Translations under genes and position numbers: made by a program | Origin: Desulfobacterales bacterium | GTDB taxonomy: Bacteria > Desulfobacterota > Desulfobacteria > Desulfobacterales > UBA2174 | Reading direction: 5' to 3' | NCBI GenBank assembly: GCA_963668645.2 | Contig: CAXXWC010000001.1 | Coordinates: 224,001-288,000 of the forward strand | DNA: 64,000 bases | The notes under the pieces: generated by a model | What the model was told of the DNA's origin: nothing | The model's database searches: none | The model's input: the letters and a program-made list of their open reading frames with translations, nothing else | Shown here: positions 29,738 through 39,820 of the stretch, piece after piece | Layout: every line of letters begins with the position of its first letter | Position numbering within the stretch: position 1 is the stretch's first letter

Positions 29738-31000
29738 GTGACCGAATCGCCCGTTTCCTCCACTATCTGCGTAAAAGCGCCTGTTCGCTCCGACCGGTAT
29801 CGCGATTGGCTGGTCCTGTTGGCTTGCTTCGGGCTCACCCTCACTCTGGGAGAGACCTTTTGGAGTTTCGGTGTATTTTTCAAGCCGCTGCAGCAGACCT
29901 TCGGCTGGACCCGGGCCGCAGTCTCATCCATCTTCACCTCCTTTTTGCTCGGATATGCCATATCGGTAATCACGAGCGGGCGGCTCGTTGATCGCTACAA
30001 CCCGAAGCCCGTGCTTTTGGGCAGTGCCCTGCTGATCGTCTCAGGTCTCTGCGGCAGCAGCCTGGGCACTGCTGCCAACCATTTCCGGATCTGCCTGTTT
30101 TTTGTAGGTCTGGGATCGGGGGCGACCTGGTCTGTTCCCAACACCGTTGTTCAACGTTGGTTCCACGGCAAGAAAGAGGCCGGAATGGCCCTGGGCATCG
30201 TCACCTCCGGGGTGGGCGTGGGTGCGCTTGTCTTTGCCCCGCTGATCAATTTCCTGATTCAACACTACGGGTGGCGAACGACTTTTCTCATCCTGGGGAT
30301 CCTTTTCGGAGCCATCGTCGGTTTGGCCACCCTCGTTCTCAGATCCGTCACCGGCCCTATGGCCGCCCGGCCCGCGCACCTTGCCGGCGCCAATCCGCCC
30401 GCCCCGGACCTGCAAGTCCCGGAACAGCCTCGATGGTATGCGTCGTGGTCCTTAATTGCCATCATGTTCGTGGTCGTGGCCGGCATCTTCACATTCCAGA
30501 TCCTTTCCACCCACCTGGTTGCGCATGCCACCGACCTGGGCATTTCACCGGTCGCAGCCGCCGCGGCCCTCGGCCTCATGGGCGGATTTTCCATTTTCGG
30601 AAGGTTGCTGTCAGGGTTCTTTTCCGCCCGGCTGGGATGGCACCGCCTCATGTCGCTGGCCTGCTTCGGGACGGCTGCGTCCATGGCCTGCCTCTGGGTG
30701 CTGAAGGATATCTGGATGCTCTTTTTTTTCGCTTTCTCCTATGGGATATTCCACGGCGCACGGGTTTCGGCCCAGATCGGTGTGATTCCCGAAATCTTCG
30801 GCATGAAATCTCTGGGGGTGATAATCGGCATCACCACGGCCGTAGGCCAACTGATCGGCGCCCTGGCACCCTATGTCGCAGGGGCGCTTTTCGACGCCAC
30901 AGGCAGCTATTCTCTTGTTTTCGTCTCGATTGTCCCCATCCTGGCGATCGCCGGGGTGGTGGCAGGGATGCTCAAGCCGATGGTCGCCCAACCGGCCTGA
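29738..31000 (+). CDS. MFS transporter (OFA/MCT-like)
   Basis: About 12 hydrophobic segments, GRLVDRYNPK motif A, FGVFFKPL. Confidence 0.88.
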   Translation: MTESPVSSTICVKAPVRSDRYRDWLVLLACFGLTLTLGETFWSFGVFFKPLQQTFGWTRAAVSSIFTSFLLGYAISVITSGRLVDRYNPKPVLLGSALLIVSGLCGSSLGTAANHFRICLFFVGLGSGATWSVPNTVVQRWFHGKKEAGMALGIVTSGVGVGALVFAPLINFLIQHYGWRTTFLILGILFGAIVGLATLVLRSVTGPMAARPAHLAGANPPAPDLQVPEQPRWYASWSLIAIMFVVVAGIFTFQILSTHLVAHATDLGISPVAAAAALGLMGGFSIFGRLLSGFFSARLGWHRLMSLACFGTAASMACLWVLKDIWMLFFFAFSYGIFHGARVSAQIGVIPEIFGMKSLGVIIGITTAVGQLIGALAPYVAGALFDATGSYSLVFVSIVPILAIAGVVAGMLKPMVAQPA

Positions 31001-31162
31001 CGGTCTGGCGGGTTTGAAGCGAGCCTTTCAGTTTCTGCGTGATGCCGATCAGGAAGGACTTGGCATTGGCAGGCGAGCCCCTTTCGACATGGGAGGCTCA
31101 CCGGCCAAAGGTTGGAGGTTGGAGGAGGTCAAGGTGTTACAGGTCATCGACCCTGCCAGCCA

Positions 31163-32659
31163 TCAGACCGCATCAGGCTGGGTCAGGCCGCGCATCCTTC
31201 CGGCTGCCGCGTCGGCAATTAGCGCCTCATCGGTCTCCAGGGCTTCGAAATAGGCCGCCTTGACTTGCTCGTCCGGGGCATGCTCGGTCAGCAGGCTGAC
31301 CACCACCATAACGACCAGGCACGACAGATATGCGGGTATGGCCTCCATCACCCAGGGATTGCCGGCCAGATACCACACCACATTCACCACGGCGCCGGTG
31401 ATCATCCCGGCCACAATGCCCTTACGGGTAGCGCCCTTCCAGAACATCAGGGCAAAGAAGGGAAACAGGGTCGCAGCCCCGCAGGTTTTGACGATCATCA
31501 GATACATGGGGATAATGCCCTTGCCGTAAAGAGCGATCACCAGGGCCACCAGGGACATGAACACCACGCTGATGCGGGCGATCTTGAGCATCTTTTCCGC
31601 CGAGGCCTCCGGGTTGAAGTACTGCTGGTAGATATCCCGGGTAATACTGGCCGACCCCATCATGATGAAAGAATCACCGCCGGACATGAGGGCCGCGGCC
31701 AGGCCCATGGCGATCAGCCCGCCGATCAGCGGATGGAAAGTGGTCGAAATCGCTGTGGTGAAGACCATGTCCGGGGCCGTCTCCAGGGGCAGGTAGCCGC
31801 GGGCCATGATCCCGATCAAGAACGAAAAAGAACTGGCAAGAATCGCAACGGCGAACCCGAAGGTAAGGCCCCGGACCGCGACGCTTTCACTTTTTGCCGC
31901 ATACACGCGCTGCCAGGTGCACTGCCATACCATGTAAAAGCTGCCCACGGTCAGCGCCAGGGTGATGAACTTGGAAAAAGATTGCCCCCCCAGGGGATGC
32001 CAAAACTTGCTCGGGGTAATCTCCATGATATGCTCGGCACCTCCGGCATAATCGAAACTGAACACCAGAAGCAGGAAAATACCGACAAAAAGAATGACCG
32101 TCTGAATGGCGTCGGTGGTAATGGTCGACGGCATGCCGCCCATGTAGGTATACACGAAGATGAGTGCAAAGCCGATCAGGATGCCGGTCTGCAGGCTGAA
32201 GCCGAAAAAGGTCTTGAAGATGGTGCCCATACCGATGAACTGGAGGGCCAGCACCGGAATCGCGTAAATCAGAATCTGAAACAGGGCCGGCACCACCGCC
32301 ATGGACTTGCCGAAACGCAGGGCAAAGGCATCGGCTATGGTGTAGCGCTGAAGCCGCCGCAGCACCCGGGCAAAGCCCACCACAAAAACGATACTGAAGA
32401 CCGCGCCGGGCAGCACCCAGAAGAAGAATCCGGTAACCCCCGAAGTGAATCCCATGCCCACATAGCCGATAAACACCGCCGCACCGCACCAAGTGGCCAC
32501 GGTGGTACCGGCAATCTTCCAGAACCCCACTTTCCAGCCGGCAATCAGGTACTCGTCCACCGTTGTCATTCTTCGCGCGTGGTAAAAGCCGACACCGATC
32601 ATGAAAGCAAAATAGCTGCACATATAAACCGCATAAATCAACACACTGGTCTTGTCCAT
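31163..32659 (-). CDS. Sodium:solute symporter (SSS family)
   Basis: EYLIAG, YTYMGGM..TDAIQ, WQRVYAAKS and AALMSGGDS motifs. Start at ATG 32659 after AGGAGG. Confidence 0.9.
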   Translation of the reverse strand: MDKTSVLIYAVYMCSYFAFMIGVGFYHARRMTTVDEYLIAGWKVGFWKIAGTTVATWCGAAVFIGYVGMGFTSGVTGFFFWVLPGAVFSIVFVVGFARVLRRLQRYTIADAFALRFGKSMAVVPALFQILIYAIPVLALQFIGMGTIFKTFFGFSLQTGILIGFALIFVYTYMGGMPSTITTDAIQTVILFVGIFLLLVFSFDYAGGAEHIMEITPSKFWHPLGGQSFSKFITLALTVGSFYMVWQCTWQRVYAAKSESVAVRGLTFGFAVAILASSFSFLIGIMARGYLPLETAPDMVFTTAISTTFHPLIGGLIAMGLAAALMSGGDSFIMMGSASITRDIYQQYFNPEASAEKMLKIARISVVFMSLVALVIALYGKGIIPMYLMIVKTCGAATLFPFFALMFWKGATRKGIVAGMITGAVVNVVWYLAGNPWVMEAIPAYLSCLVVMVVVSLLTEHAPDEQVKAAYFEALETDEALIADAAAGRMRGLTQPDAV

Positions 32660-32718
32660 CGTTCCTCCTTGTTCATGGGTTGTCTGACCATCAAAAATGC
32701 CAAACGGCATTCACGGTT

Positions 32719-34338
32719 TCAGGCGTCGTGTCGATAGACACTTTTCCCCGCCAGGACGGTTTCCTCAACGGTGATGGATTTCAGGTTTTCAGGCGCGACG
32801 GCCATGGGATTTTCGGACAGCACGATAAAGTCCGCCAACTTGCCCGTCTCAATGCTTCCCTTGCGGTCTTCTTCGAAGCTGCATTTGGCGGCGTTGCGGG
32901 TGTAGGTTTTCAGAGCCTCGTAGACCGGAATGCGCTGGTCGGCGCCCAGCACCTCTCCTTGCCGGGTGATGCGGTTTACCGCCGTGTGGATGCTGAATAT
33001 GGGATCAGGCGGGGTCACGGGCATATCCGAATGCAGAACGAAATCCAGCCCCTGGTCCAGCGTAGTTTTAAGCGGATCCATGCGCGCGGCCCGTTCTGGC
33101 CCCAGAAAAATGGAGCGGTGCCGGTCGCCCCAGTAGTAGATGTGGTTGACGAAATAATTGGGAATGACACCTATGGCTTTCATCCGCCGGATCTGATCGT
33201 CCGAAGCCGCCTGGCAGTGGATGATCATATGGCGTCGATCGTTTTGCGGGCAAAGCCGATAGGCGTTCTCAAAAGCCTGGAGAACCGATTCGATGGCCCG
33301 GTCGCCGTTGGCGTGCAGGGCCACCTGGCAGCCGGCGCTGTGGTATTTGGCGACCATTTGATCGAGCACTTGCTGGTCGATGAGCAAATCCCCGCAAAAA
33401 TCAGGACGGCTGTGGTAGGGCTGGCCCAAGGCGCCGGTATAACCCTGGATGGAGCCGTCCTGCCAGGATTTGACCGACCCGACCCGGAGCATGTCCGAGC
33501 CGAAACCGGTGCGAATACCTTTGGCAAAAAGATCGCCAAACAGGGTCTCGATCAGGGTCATGTAGACGCGAAAAGGCAGACGCCCTGCCCGTTCCAGGGC
33601 ACCGTAGGCCTCGACAACCTGGCGGCCGTGTTTGAAGTAACCGATGCCACCGTCGTGAATTCCGGTGATCCCCACCCGGTGAAGATCGCCGGCCGCCTGG
33701 AGCATGGCGGTCTTGACCTGATCCGTGCTGAAAAGCGGAACATGCCCCATGACCATCTCCATGGCCCCCGGCTCAATCAGCAACCCGGTGGGGCGCCCCA
33801 GCGCATCCTTGTGGATTTGGCCATTTGCGGGCGACGGCGTGCCGGCCCCGATGCCGGCGATTTCCAACGCCCTGGAATTGACGTAGGAAAAATGAACCGA
33901 GATATGAAGAATCTGGACCGGGTTGTCGGGGGCCGCCTCGTCGAGATCTTCGCGGGTCAAATGGCGCTTGTCTTCGATCAGAGAATCGTCATAACCGTAC
34001 CCCTGGATCCATTCACCCGGCGCGGCGGCCACGGCCCGCGACCGAATCCGGTCCTTGAGTTCGGCGATGCTCCGGTTGGCCCCAACTGAACAGTCCACCC
34101 GCATCAGATTCATGGCGTAGGCCGAAAAATGATTGTGCGGTTCGATAAAACCGGGCAGAACCGTTCTCCCCCCCAGGTCGACCACATCCATCGTATCGTT
34201 GATAAATGCTTTGATTTCATCATCGTTTCCCACCCGGACAAACCGCCCCGCCCAGGTCATAAAGGCCGTGGCGGTCGTACCGGCCGGGTCCATCGTCAGG
34301 ACGTTGCCGTTGATATAGGCTTTCCATCTGTTGGGCAT
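32719..34338 (-). CDS. Amidohydrolase family 3 (YtcJ-like)
   Basis: DLGGRTVLPGFIEPHNH, HANGDRA, HSDMP and GSIETGKLADF motifs. Confidence 0.9.
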   Translation of the reverse strand: MPNRWKAYINGNVLTMDPAGTTATAFMTWAGRFVRVGNDDEIKAFINDTMDVVDLGGRTVLPGFIEPHNHFSAYAMNLMRVDCSVGANRSIAELKDRIRSRAVAAAPGEWIQGYGYDDSLIEDKRHLTREDLDEAAPDNPVQILHISVHFSYVNSRALEIAGIGAGTPSPANGQIHKDALGRPTGLLIEPGAMEMVMGHVPLFSTDQVKTAMLQAAGDLHRVGITGIHDGGIGYFKHGRQVVEAYGALERAGRLPFRVYMTLIETLFGDLFAKGIRTGFGSDMLRVGSVKSWQDGSIQGYTGALGQPYHSRPDFCGDLLIDQQVLDQMVAKYHSAGCQVALHANGDRAIESVLQAFENAYRLCPQNDRRHMIIHCQAASDDQIRRMKAIGVIPNYFVNHIYYWGDRHRSIFLGPERAARMDPLKTTLDQGLDFVLHSDMPVTPPDPIFSIHTAVNRITRQGEVLGADQRIPVYEALKTYTRNAAKCSFEEDRKGSIETGKLADFIVLSENPMAVAPENLKSITVEETVLAGKSVYRHDA

Positions 34339-34377
34339 AAGGATCCCCCGCATGTCGGTTTCAGATGAACAATCAAA

Positions 34378-34415
34378 AGAGCAATGGGTGTGCCAGAGAG
34401 CAATGGGTGTGCCAG
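34378..34415 (-). promoter_or_regulatory. Sigma54 -24/-12 promoter, present as an exact 19-bp tandem duplication
   Basis: Minus strand CTGGCACACCCATTGCTCT occurs twice, each copy matching TGGCAC-N5-TTGC. It lies upstream of the amidohydrolase-SSS genes and next to a sigma54 activator gene. Confidence 0.85.
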
Positions 34416-34643
34416 CAGGCGCTTACCAAGTGGCAGGACGCTGATATTTCATGAGATCAGGCAAGCGGAAAGGCCAGTTACCCTCCGGCTGGAGGGTCAG
34501 GGGAAGCGGTCGATGTTTCGCGGCAGGAATCATATGTTCACCGCAAGTGAACGGATGATTCCCGAAAATGAAGGTTCGGAAAAACAGTGGCAGTCGCGGG
34601 AGGCTTCCAGGATGTTAAATTCTGGCGGGATGAATGGAGGCTG

Positions 34644-36074
34644 TCAAGCAGGCCAACCGGTCCTGGAAATGTTGTATTTTTTTAAAAGCAGGTAGAGTCG
34701 CGTTCGGCCCAGATCGCTGATCTGGCAGGCCTGCTTGAGGTTGCCTTTCGTGCTCATCATCAGATGGCGCAGATAGGTTTCTTCGGCCCGGGCGATGGCG
34801 TTGTCGCGAAACTCCCGCAAGCTGGGCAGCGCCGCCGGCACCTCCGGCAAAATTTCCGATACACGGATATCATCACCGGGGACGGCCGGCTTTTTAACGG
34901 CCGAACGGGTGACGTTGATACGAATCTGCTGGGGCAGATGCTGGGGGTAGAGCACCGAATCACTGCCGGCGTGATGGACCGCATCCTCGATGGCGCTGAT
35001 CAGCTCACGTGTGTTGCCCGGCCAGTTGTAACGACGCAGGGTCTCGAAAAAGTCCCGTGAAAACTCCTTGGGCGCCAGGCCATAAAGATTGAAAAATTGG
35101 CGTGCATAATGGCGGGTCAGGACCTCGATATCCCCCACCCGTTCCCTGAGAGGTGGAATTTCGATGGCGATCGTACGCAGCCGGTACAGTAGATCCTCCC
35201 TGAAAGTCCCCTCGCGGACCATTTGGTCCAGATTCCGATTGGTGGCGGATATCAACCGGAAGTCACTCTTTTGCTCTTTTTTGCTGCCCACCGGCCGGAA
35301 AGCGTGTTCTTGCAGGACCCGGAGAAATATCTTCTGGCTGTCCAGATTCAGCTCCCCGATCTCATCGAGAAAAAGGGTGCCGCCGTCGGCCAGCTTCACC
35401 AGCCCCTCGGCCGAATACTCCGCGCCGGTGTAGGCACCTCTTTCATGCCCGAACAAAACACTGGCGGCCAAAGACGTGGCCAGGGCAGCACAGTCGACCA
35501 CCACGAATCCCGCCCCGGCCCGCGGGCTGTTTTCATGCAGGGCCCGTGCGAAAAGCTCTTTTCCGGTGCCGGTTTCACCGGTGACCAGAATATTGGCCGT
35601 GGATCCGGCCGCCCGCCCCATGGCCTCGATGCATGCGATCAACTGCGGGCTCTGGCCGATGATCCCTTCCCGTTTGAAAGCTGCAACGCAGGTATCTTCG
35701 GTTTTAAGCTGGTCCCGATACTCCAGAACGTTGGTCAGGGGCAGTACGATGTTTTTGGGAGAAAGGGGTTTTTGGATATAGTCCCAGGCCCCGTTCTTGA
35801 TGGCCAGCTCGGCACTATCCGGATCGCCTGCGCCCGTGATGACGATGATTTCCGGCTGCGAGGGGGCTTCCTTGATCCGCTGCAGGGCCTCGATGCCGTT
35901 GCCATCCGGCATCCTGACATCCAGCAGCACCAAATCAACATCTCCGGTTGCCGCCGCTTTTTCTCCGGCCGCCAGGCTCAATGCGTAGCATGCATGGTAG
36001 CCGATGCTCTCGATCAGTTCGCTCAGCACCTCACAAAGAGATTGGTCGTCATCAATAATCAGTACCTTCGCCAT
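34644..36074 (-). CDS. Sigma54-dependent response regulator (REC-AAA+-HTH, NtrC family)
   Basis: REC domain, GETGTGKE, GAYTGA, LFLDEIGE, WPGNTREL and a C-terminal HTH. Confidence 0.93.
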   Translation of the reverse strand: MAKVLIIDDDQSLCEVLSELIESIGYHACYALSLAAGEKAAATGDVDLVLLDVRMPDGNGIEALQRIKEAPSQPEIIVITGAGDPDSAELAIKNGAWDYIQKPLSPKNIVLPLTNVLEYRDQLKTEDTCVAAFKREGIIGQSPQLIACIEAMGRAAGSTANILVTGETGTGKELFARALHENSPRAGAGFVVVDCAALATSLAASVLFGHERGAYTGAEYSAEGLVKLADGGTLFLDEIGELNLDSQKIFLRVLQEHAFRPVGSKKEQKSDFRLISATNRNLDQMVREGTFREDLLYRLRTIAIEIPPLRERVGDIEVLTRHYARQFFNLYGLAPKEFSRDFFETLRRYNWPGNTRELISAIEDAVHHAGSDSVLYPQHLPQQIRINVTRSAVKKPAVPGDDIRVSEILPEVPAALPSLREFRDNAIARAEETYLRHLMMSTKGNLKQACQISDLGRTRLYLLLKKYNISRTGWPA

Positions 36075-38238
36075 GGTCCGCCTCATATTTTTCAGACTGT
36101 TGCAGCTCGTCGATGACGATGTCGGCCAGTTCGTGAGCCCCCAGCGGTTTTTGCACGAATCGCCGCACCCCCGCCTTTTTCATGTCGCTTGTCAATGAGG
36201 AAGGGTTGAAACCGGAGCAGAGAATGATCGGCAGATGGGGGCGCAGCGTATGGATCTCTTCGGCCAGCTCCATACCGGTCAGCTCCGGCATGGTCAGGTC
36301 GGTAACCACGAGATCGAAGCGGTCGGTGTCCTGCCAGAAAACTTCCAGGGCTTCTACGCTGCTGGATATCGCCGTAACGGAATGTCCCAGGTGGCTCAGG
36401 GCCTCCTCGGCAAGTTCAGACAAAAGCGACTCGTCGTCAACGAAAAGAATCGATGCCTTTGCGCCGGCCCCGGCCGTCCGGGGGGCCTTCGAGGCCTCTG
36501 GCAGCACCCCCTGGTACTTAGGCATAAATATCGTGAACGCGCTGCCCCTGCCCGGTTCGCTGGCCACCTGGATGGTGCCACCAAGATCACGGACAACCCC
36601 GTGCACAACGGAAAGTCCCATGCCGGTGCCCACACCCCGCTTTCTGGTGGAAAAAAACGGTTCGAAAATATGCGGGATGATTTCCGGCGCCATGCCGTAA
36701 CCGCTGTCCCGGACCGAAATGGATACATAGGGGCCCGGAAGGGGATCCATGATCCGGTCCGGCGCGTCCGGCAGTGGTTCGCAGTCCGATAGGATGATCC
36801 GGAGGCTGCCCCCATTGTCCTCCATGGCATGAGCGGCATTGGCGCACAGGTTCATGAGCAGCCGATGAATCTGGATGGGATCGGCATAAACGACATCGTC
36901 AGTGGTTTGGTAGCGTTGGACGATAGAAACGGTGGCCGGAAAAGAAGCCCGAATGAAATCGACAGCCTCCTTGATAATCGGCGTCAGCGCGACCGGCAGT
37001 TTCCGGGACCCGGACTTACGGCTGAAGGTCAGGATCTGCTGGACCAGCCCCTTGGCACGGTAGGCGGCTTTCAGAACTTTTTGCAAATGTTTCTCAGCGC
37101 GCGAACCTTTTTCGATATCCAGCATTTCCATCAGCTCGCAATAGCCGATAATCGATCCCAAGGTGTTGTTGAAATCATGGGCGATCCCACCCGCAAACGT
37201 ACCGATGGCTTCCATCTTTTCAGCCTGAAGCAACTGGCGTTCCATTTTCTTGCGCTCAACCAGCTCCTTTTGCAGCTCGGAAGTCTTCTGGGCCACCTGG
37301 ACCTTCAGGGTGCGGTTCCAGAACAGGACCGTCAAAATACCGGCCAACACCAGGATCATCATCACCGCGGTGCCATACCAGAACCGTTTATCATAAATAA
37401 AAACACTGCGGTCCAGACGGATCCATTTTCTGTAAATGGCTTTTTTTTCCTTGTCCGTTATCACGGCCAGCCCCTTGACCATGATCCGGTTAAGCACCGG
37501 CAGGTCCTTGCGGGAGGCTAAGCAGAGCCGGTTGGGTTTGCCGGCCACACCGGCCAACCGCAAATTGGTCAACCCTTCGGTTTCGATCAGATAAGAAGCC
37601 GTGGCCAGGTTGATGATCATGGCATCGGCCTGATGAAAGGACACCAGACGCAGGCCGGCCAAGTCATTTTCCACTGGCTGCAGCAGGAGGTGAGGGAAAT
37701 TTTTCCTGAGATGTTCCTGGATGGCATACTTGTTGACGACTGCAATGCGCATCCCGCCCATGGCCTCAGGTCTCAGTTCCCCTCGTACTTCCTTGCGCAC
37801 GATAATAGCATGGGGAATATCGATATAGGGTTCTGTAAACAGGAGAAATTCGGATCGTTCCGGTGTTTGCTGGAAATTACACTTGAGGTCGATACGATCC
37901 TTTCGGATTTTTTGAAGAATCTCGGCTACATCATTTTCCGGAACCCGTTTGAACCGGAAATTGAGCCGCTGTTCGATGAGCTTGATATAGTCGCTTGATA
38001 TACCGGACCATTCACCATTTTGGTCCAAAAATTCCATAGGCGGAAACCGATCATACTCGGCCAGCACGATCTTCCCGCTGTTTTCCTTGAGCCATTGGCG
38101 TTCTTCCGGTGAAAATTTGACCTGAGGAATTTCATCGCGGCAGGCGGACAGGCAGAATATCAGCACAACCATCAAAAAAAACCCGGCAACCAATCGAAAA
38201 ACGCCCTGGCCCCCTGGCATTTGCCCTCCAAAAATCAT
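36052..38238 (-). CDS. Hybrid sensor kinase with periplasmic substrate-binding domain
   Basis: Family 3 SBP-like N-terminus, TM helix, AGGIAHDFNN H-box, GTGMGL and a C-terminal REC domain. Confidence 0.9.
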   Translation of the reverse strand: MIFGGQMPGGQGVFRLVAGFFLMVVLIFCLSACRDEIPQVKFSPEERQWLKENSGKIVLAEYDRFPPMEFLDQNGEWSGISSDYIKLIEQRLNFRFKRVPENDVAEILQKIRKDRIDLKCNFQQTPERSEFLLFTEPYIDIPHAIIVRKEVRGELRPEAMGGMRIAVVNKYAIQEHLRKNFPHLLLQPVENDLAGLRLVSFHQADAMIINLATASYLIETEGLTNLRLAGVAGKPNRLCLASRKDLPVLNRIMVKGLAVITDKEKKAIYRKWIRLDRSVFIYDKRFWYGTAVMMILVLAGILTVLFWNRTLKVQVAQKTSELQKELVERKKMERQLLQAEKMEAIGTFAGGIAHDFNNTLGSIIGYCELMEMLDIEKGSRAEKHLQKVLKAAYRAKGLVQQILTFSRKSGSRKLPVALTPIIKEAVDFIRASFPATVSIVQRYQTTDDVVYADPIQIHRLLMNLCANAAHAMEDNGGSLRIILSDCEPLPDAPDRIMDPLPGPYVSISVRDSGYGMAPEIIPHIFEPFFSTRKRGVGTGMGLSVVHGVVRDLGGTIQVASEPGRGSAFTIFMPKYQGVLPEASKAPRTAGAGAKASILFVDDESLLSELAEEALSHLGHSVTAISSSVEALEVFWQDTDRFDLVVTDLTMPELTGMELAEEIHTLRPHLPIILCSGFNPSSLTSDMKKAGVRRFVQKPLGAHELADIVIDELQQSEKYEADHGEGTDY

Positions 38239-38329
38239 GACGCTCTATCAAACACAGGATCCTGGCAAAGGCAAGTATCAAGATCTGAGGTGAATGATTT
38301 AGCTCATCTTTTGTCGGTGCCGGCAAATT

Positions 38330-39706
38330 TTACTGATCGCATCCCTCCACGCCGCCGCAGTCAAAATCCTGGCAGTCCATAAATCCGTCACCATCGTTGT
38401 CCAACCCGTCCGTGCAGGCCGCCGGCGTGTTCTCCTGACCGCATCCGCCAACGCCGGTGCAATCATAATCCTGGCAGTCGATAAAACCGTCGCCATCGTT
38501 GTCCAGACCGTCGCTGCACGTCTGTGCCGTGGTCTCCGTGCCGCATCCCTCCACCCCGTCGCAGTCAAAATCGTCGCAGTCGACAAACCCGTCGCCGTCG
38601 TTGTCCAGACCATCCGTGCAGGTTGCTGCCGTGTTCTCCGGAACGCAGCCCACAACACCGCCGCAGTCAAAATCGTTGCAGTCCACAAATCCGTCACCAT
38701 CGTTGTCCAACCCGTCCGTACAGGTCGCCGGCGTGTTCTCCTGACCGCATCCGCCAACGCCGGTGCAATCATAATCCTGGCAGTCGATAAAACCGTCACC
38801 ATCGTTGTCCAGACCGTCGCTGCACGTCTGTGCCGTGGTCTCCGTGCCGCACCCCTCCACCCCGTTGCAGTCAAAATCGTCGCAGTCGACGAATCCGTCG
38901 CCGTCGTTGTCCAGACCATCCGTGCAGGTTGCTGCCGTGTTTTCCGGAACGCAGCCCACAACACCGCCGCAGTCAAAATCGTTGCAGTCCACAAAGCCGT
39001 CACCATCGTTGTCCAACCCGTCCGTGCAGGCCGCTGGCGTGTTCTCCTGACCGCATCCGCCAACGCCGGTGCAATCATAATCCTGGCAGTCGATAAAACC
39101 GTCACCATCGTTGTCCAGACCGTCGCTGCACGTCTGTGCCGTGGTCTCCGTGCCGCACCCCTCCACCCCGTCGCAGTCAAAATCGTCGCAGTCGACGAAT
39201 CCGTCGCCGTCGTTGTCCAGACCATCCGTGCAGGTTGCTGCCGTGTTTTCCGGAACGCAGCCCACAACACCGCCGCAGTCAAAATCGTTGCAGTCCACAA
39301 AGCCGTCACCATCGTTGTCCAACCCGTCCGTGCAGGCCGCCGGCGTGTTCTCCTGACCGCATCCGCCAACGCCGGTGCAATCATAATCCTGGCAGTCGAT
39401 AAAACCGTCACCATCGTTGTCCAGACCGTCGCTGCACGTCTGTGCCGTGGTCTCCGTACCGCACCCCTCCACCCCGTTGCAGTCAAAATCGTCGCAGTCG
39501 ACGAATCCGTCGCCGTCGTTGTCCACACCATCCGTGCAGGTTGCTGCCGTGTTCTCGGAGACCATCCCCGCCACGACCTGCAAAGCATGAATCGCTTCTT
39601 CCAAACCGATTCTCTTGTCACCGTTGATGTCGTTGGCCATAACAGTTGATGCGTTGAGAACGGTAAAGGTGAGAAAGAATCCGAGCAAAAAGGACCTACC
39701 TTTCAT
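38330..39706 (-). CDS. Exported Cys/Asp-rich repeat protein (putative Ca/metal-binding)
   Basis: Signal peptide, dockerin/EF-hand-like DINGDKRIGLEEAIHALQ, then 12 x 34-aa repeats CxDGxDNDGDGFxDCxDxDC. Confidence 0.85.
   Translation of the reverse strand: MKGRSFLLGFFLTFTVLNASTVMANDINGDKRIGLEEAIHALQVVAGMVSENTAATCTDGVDNDGDGFVDCDDFDCNGVEGCGTETTAQTCSDGLDNDGDGFIDCQDYDCTGVGGCGQENTPAACTDGLDNDGDGFVDCNDFDCGGVVGCVPENTAATCTDGLDNDGDGFVDCDDFDCDGVEGCGTETTAQTCSDGLDNDGDGFIDCQDYDCTGVGGCGQENTPAACTDGLDNDGDGFVDCNDFDCGGVVGCVPENTAATCTDGLDNDGDGFVDCDDFDCNGVEGCGTETTAQTCSDGLDNDGDGFIDCQDYDCTGVGGCGQENTPATCTDGLDNDGDGFVDCNDFDCGGVVGCVPENTAATCTDGLDNDGDGFVDCDDFDCDGVEGCGTETTAQTCSDGLDNDGDGFIDCQDYDCTGVGGCGQENTPAACTDGLDNDGDGFMDCQDFDCGGVEGCDQ
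38333..39556 (-). repeat. Intragenic tandem repeat: 12 x 102 bp, arranged as 4 x 306 bp
   Basis: 1224 bp. Three unit types (ENTAAT, ETTAQT, ENTPAA) recur in fixed order, with near-identical DNA at a 306-bp period. Confidence 0.93.
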
Positions 39707-39820
39707 TTCATCTCTCCCTTCAGTTTGGAAATATAGAAGTGGAAAACAGATTCGCGAAATGGTCTTTCTTCAAAATACTATTGGCAAAAAATGGACGCCG
39801 ATTTGCATTAATGCAAAATC

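Noticed and set aside
38333..39556. Possible CRISPR array
   Set aside because: Units are contiguous in-frame coding repeats with no unique spacers, and there are no cas genes.
38299..39621. 440-aa alternative-frame ORF and repeated plus-strand ORFs
   Set aside because: By-products of a stop-free tandem repeat. The 458-aa frame has the signal peptide and coherent motif.
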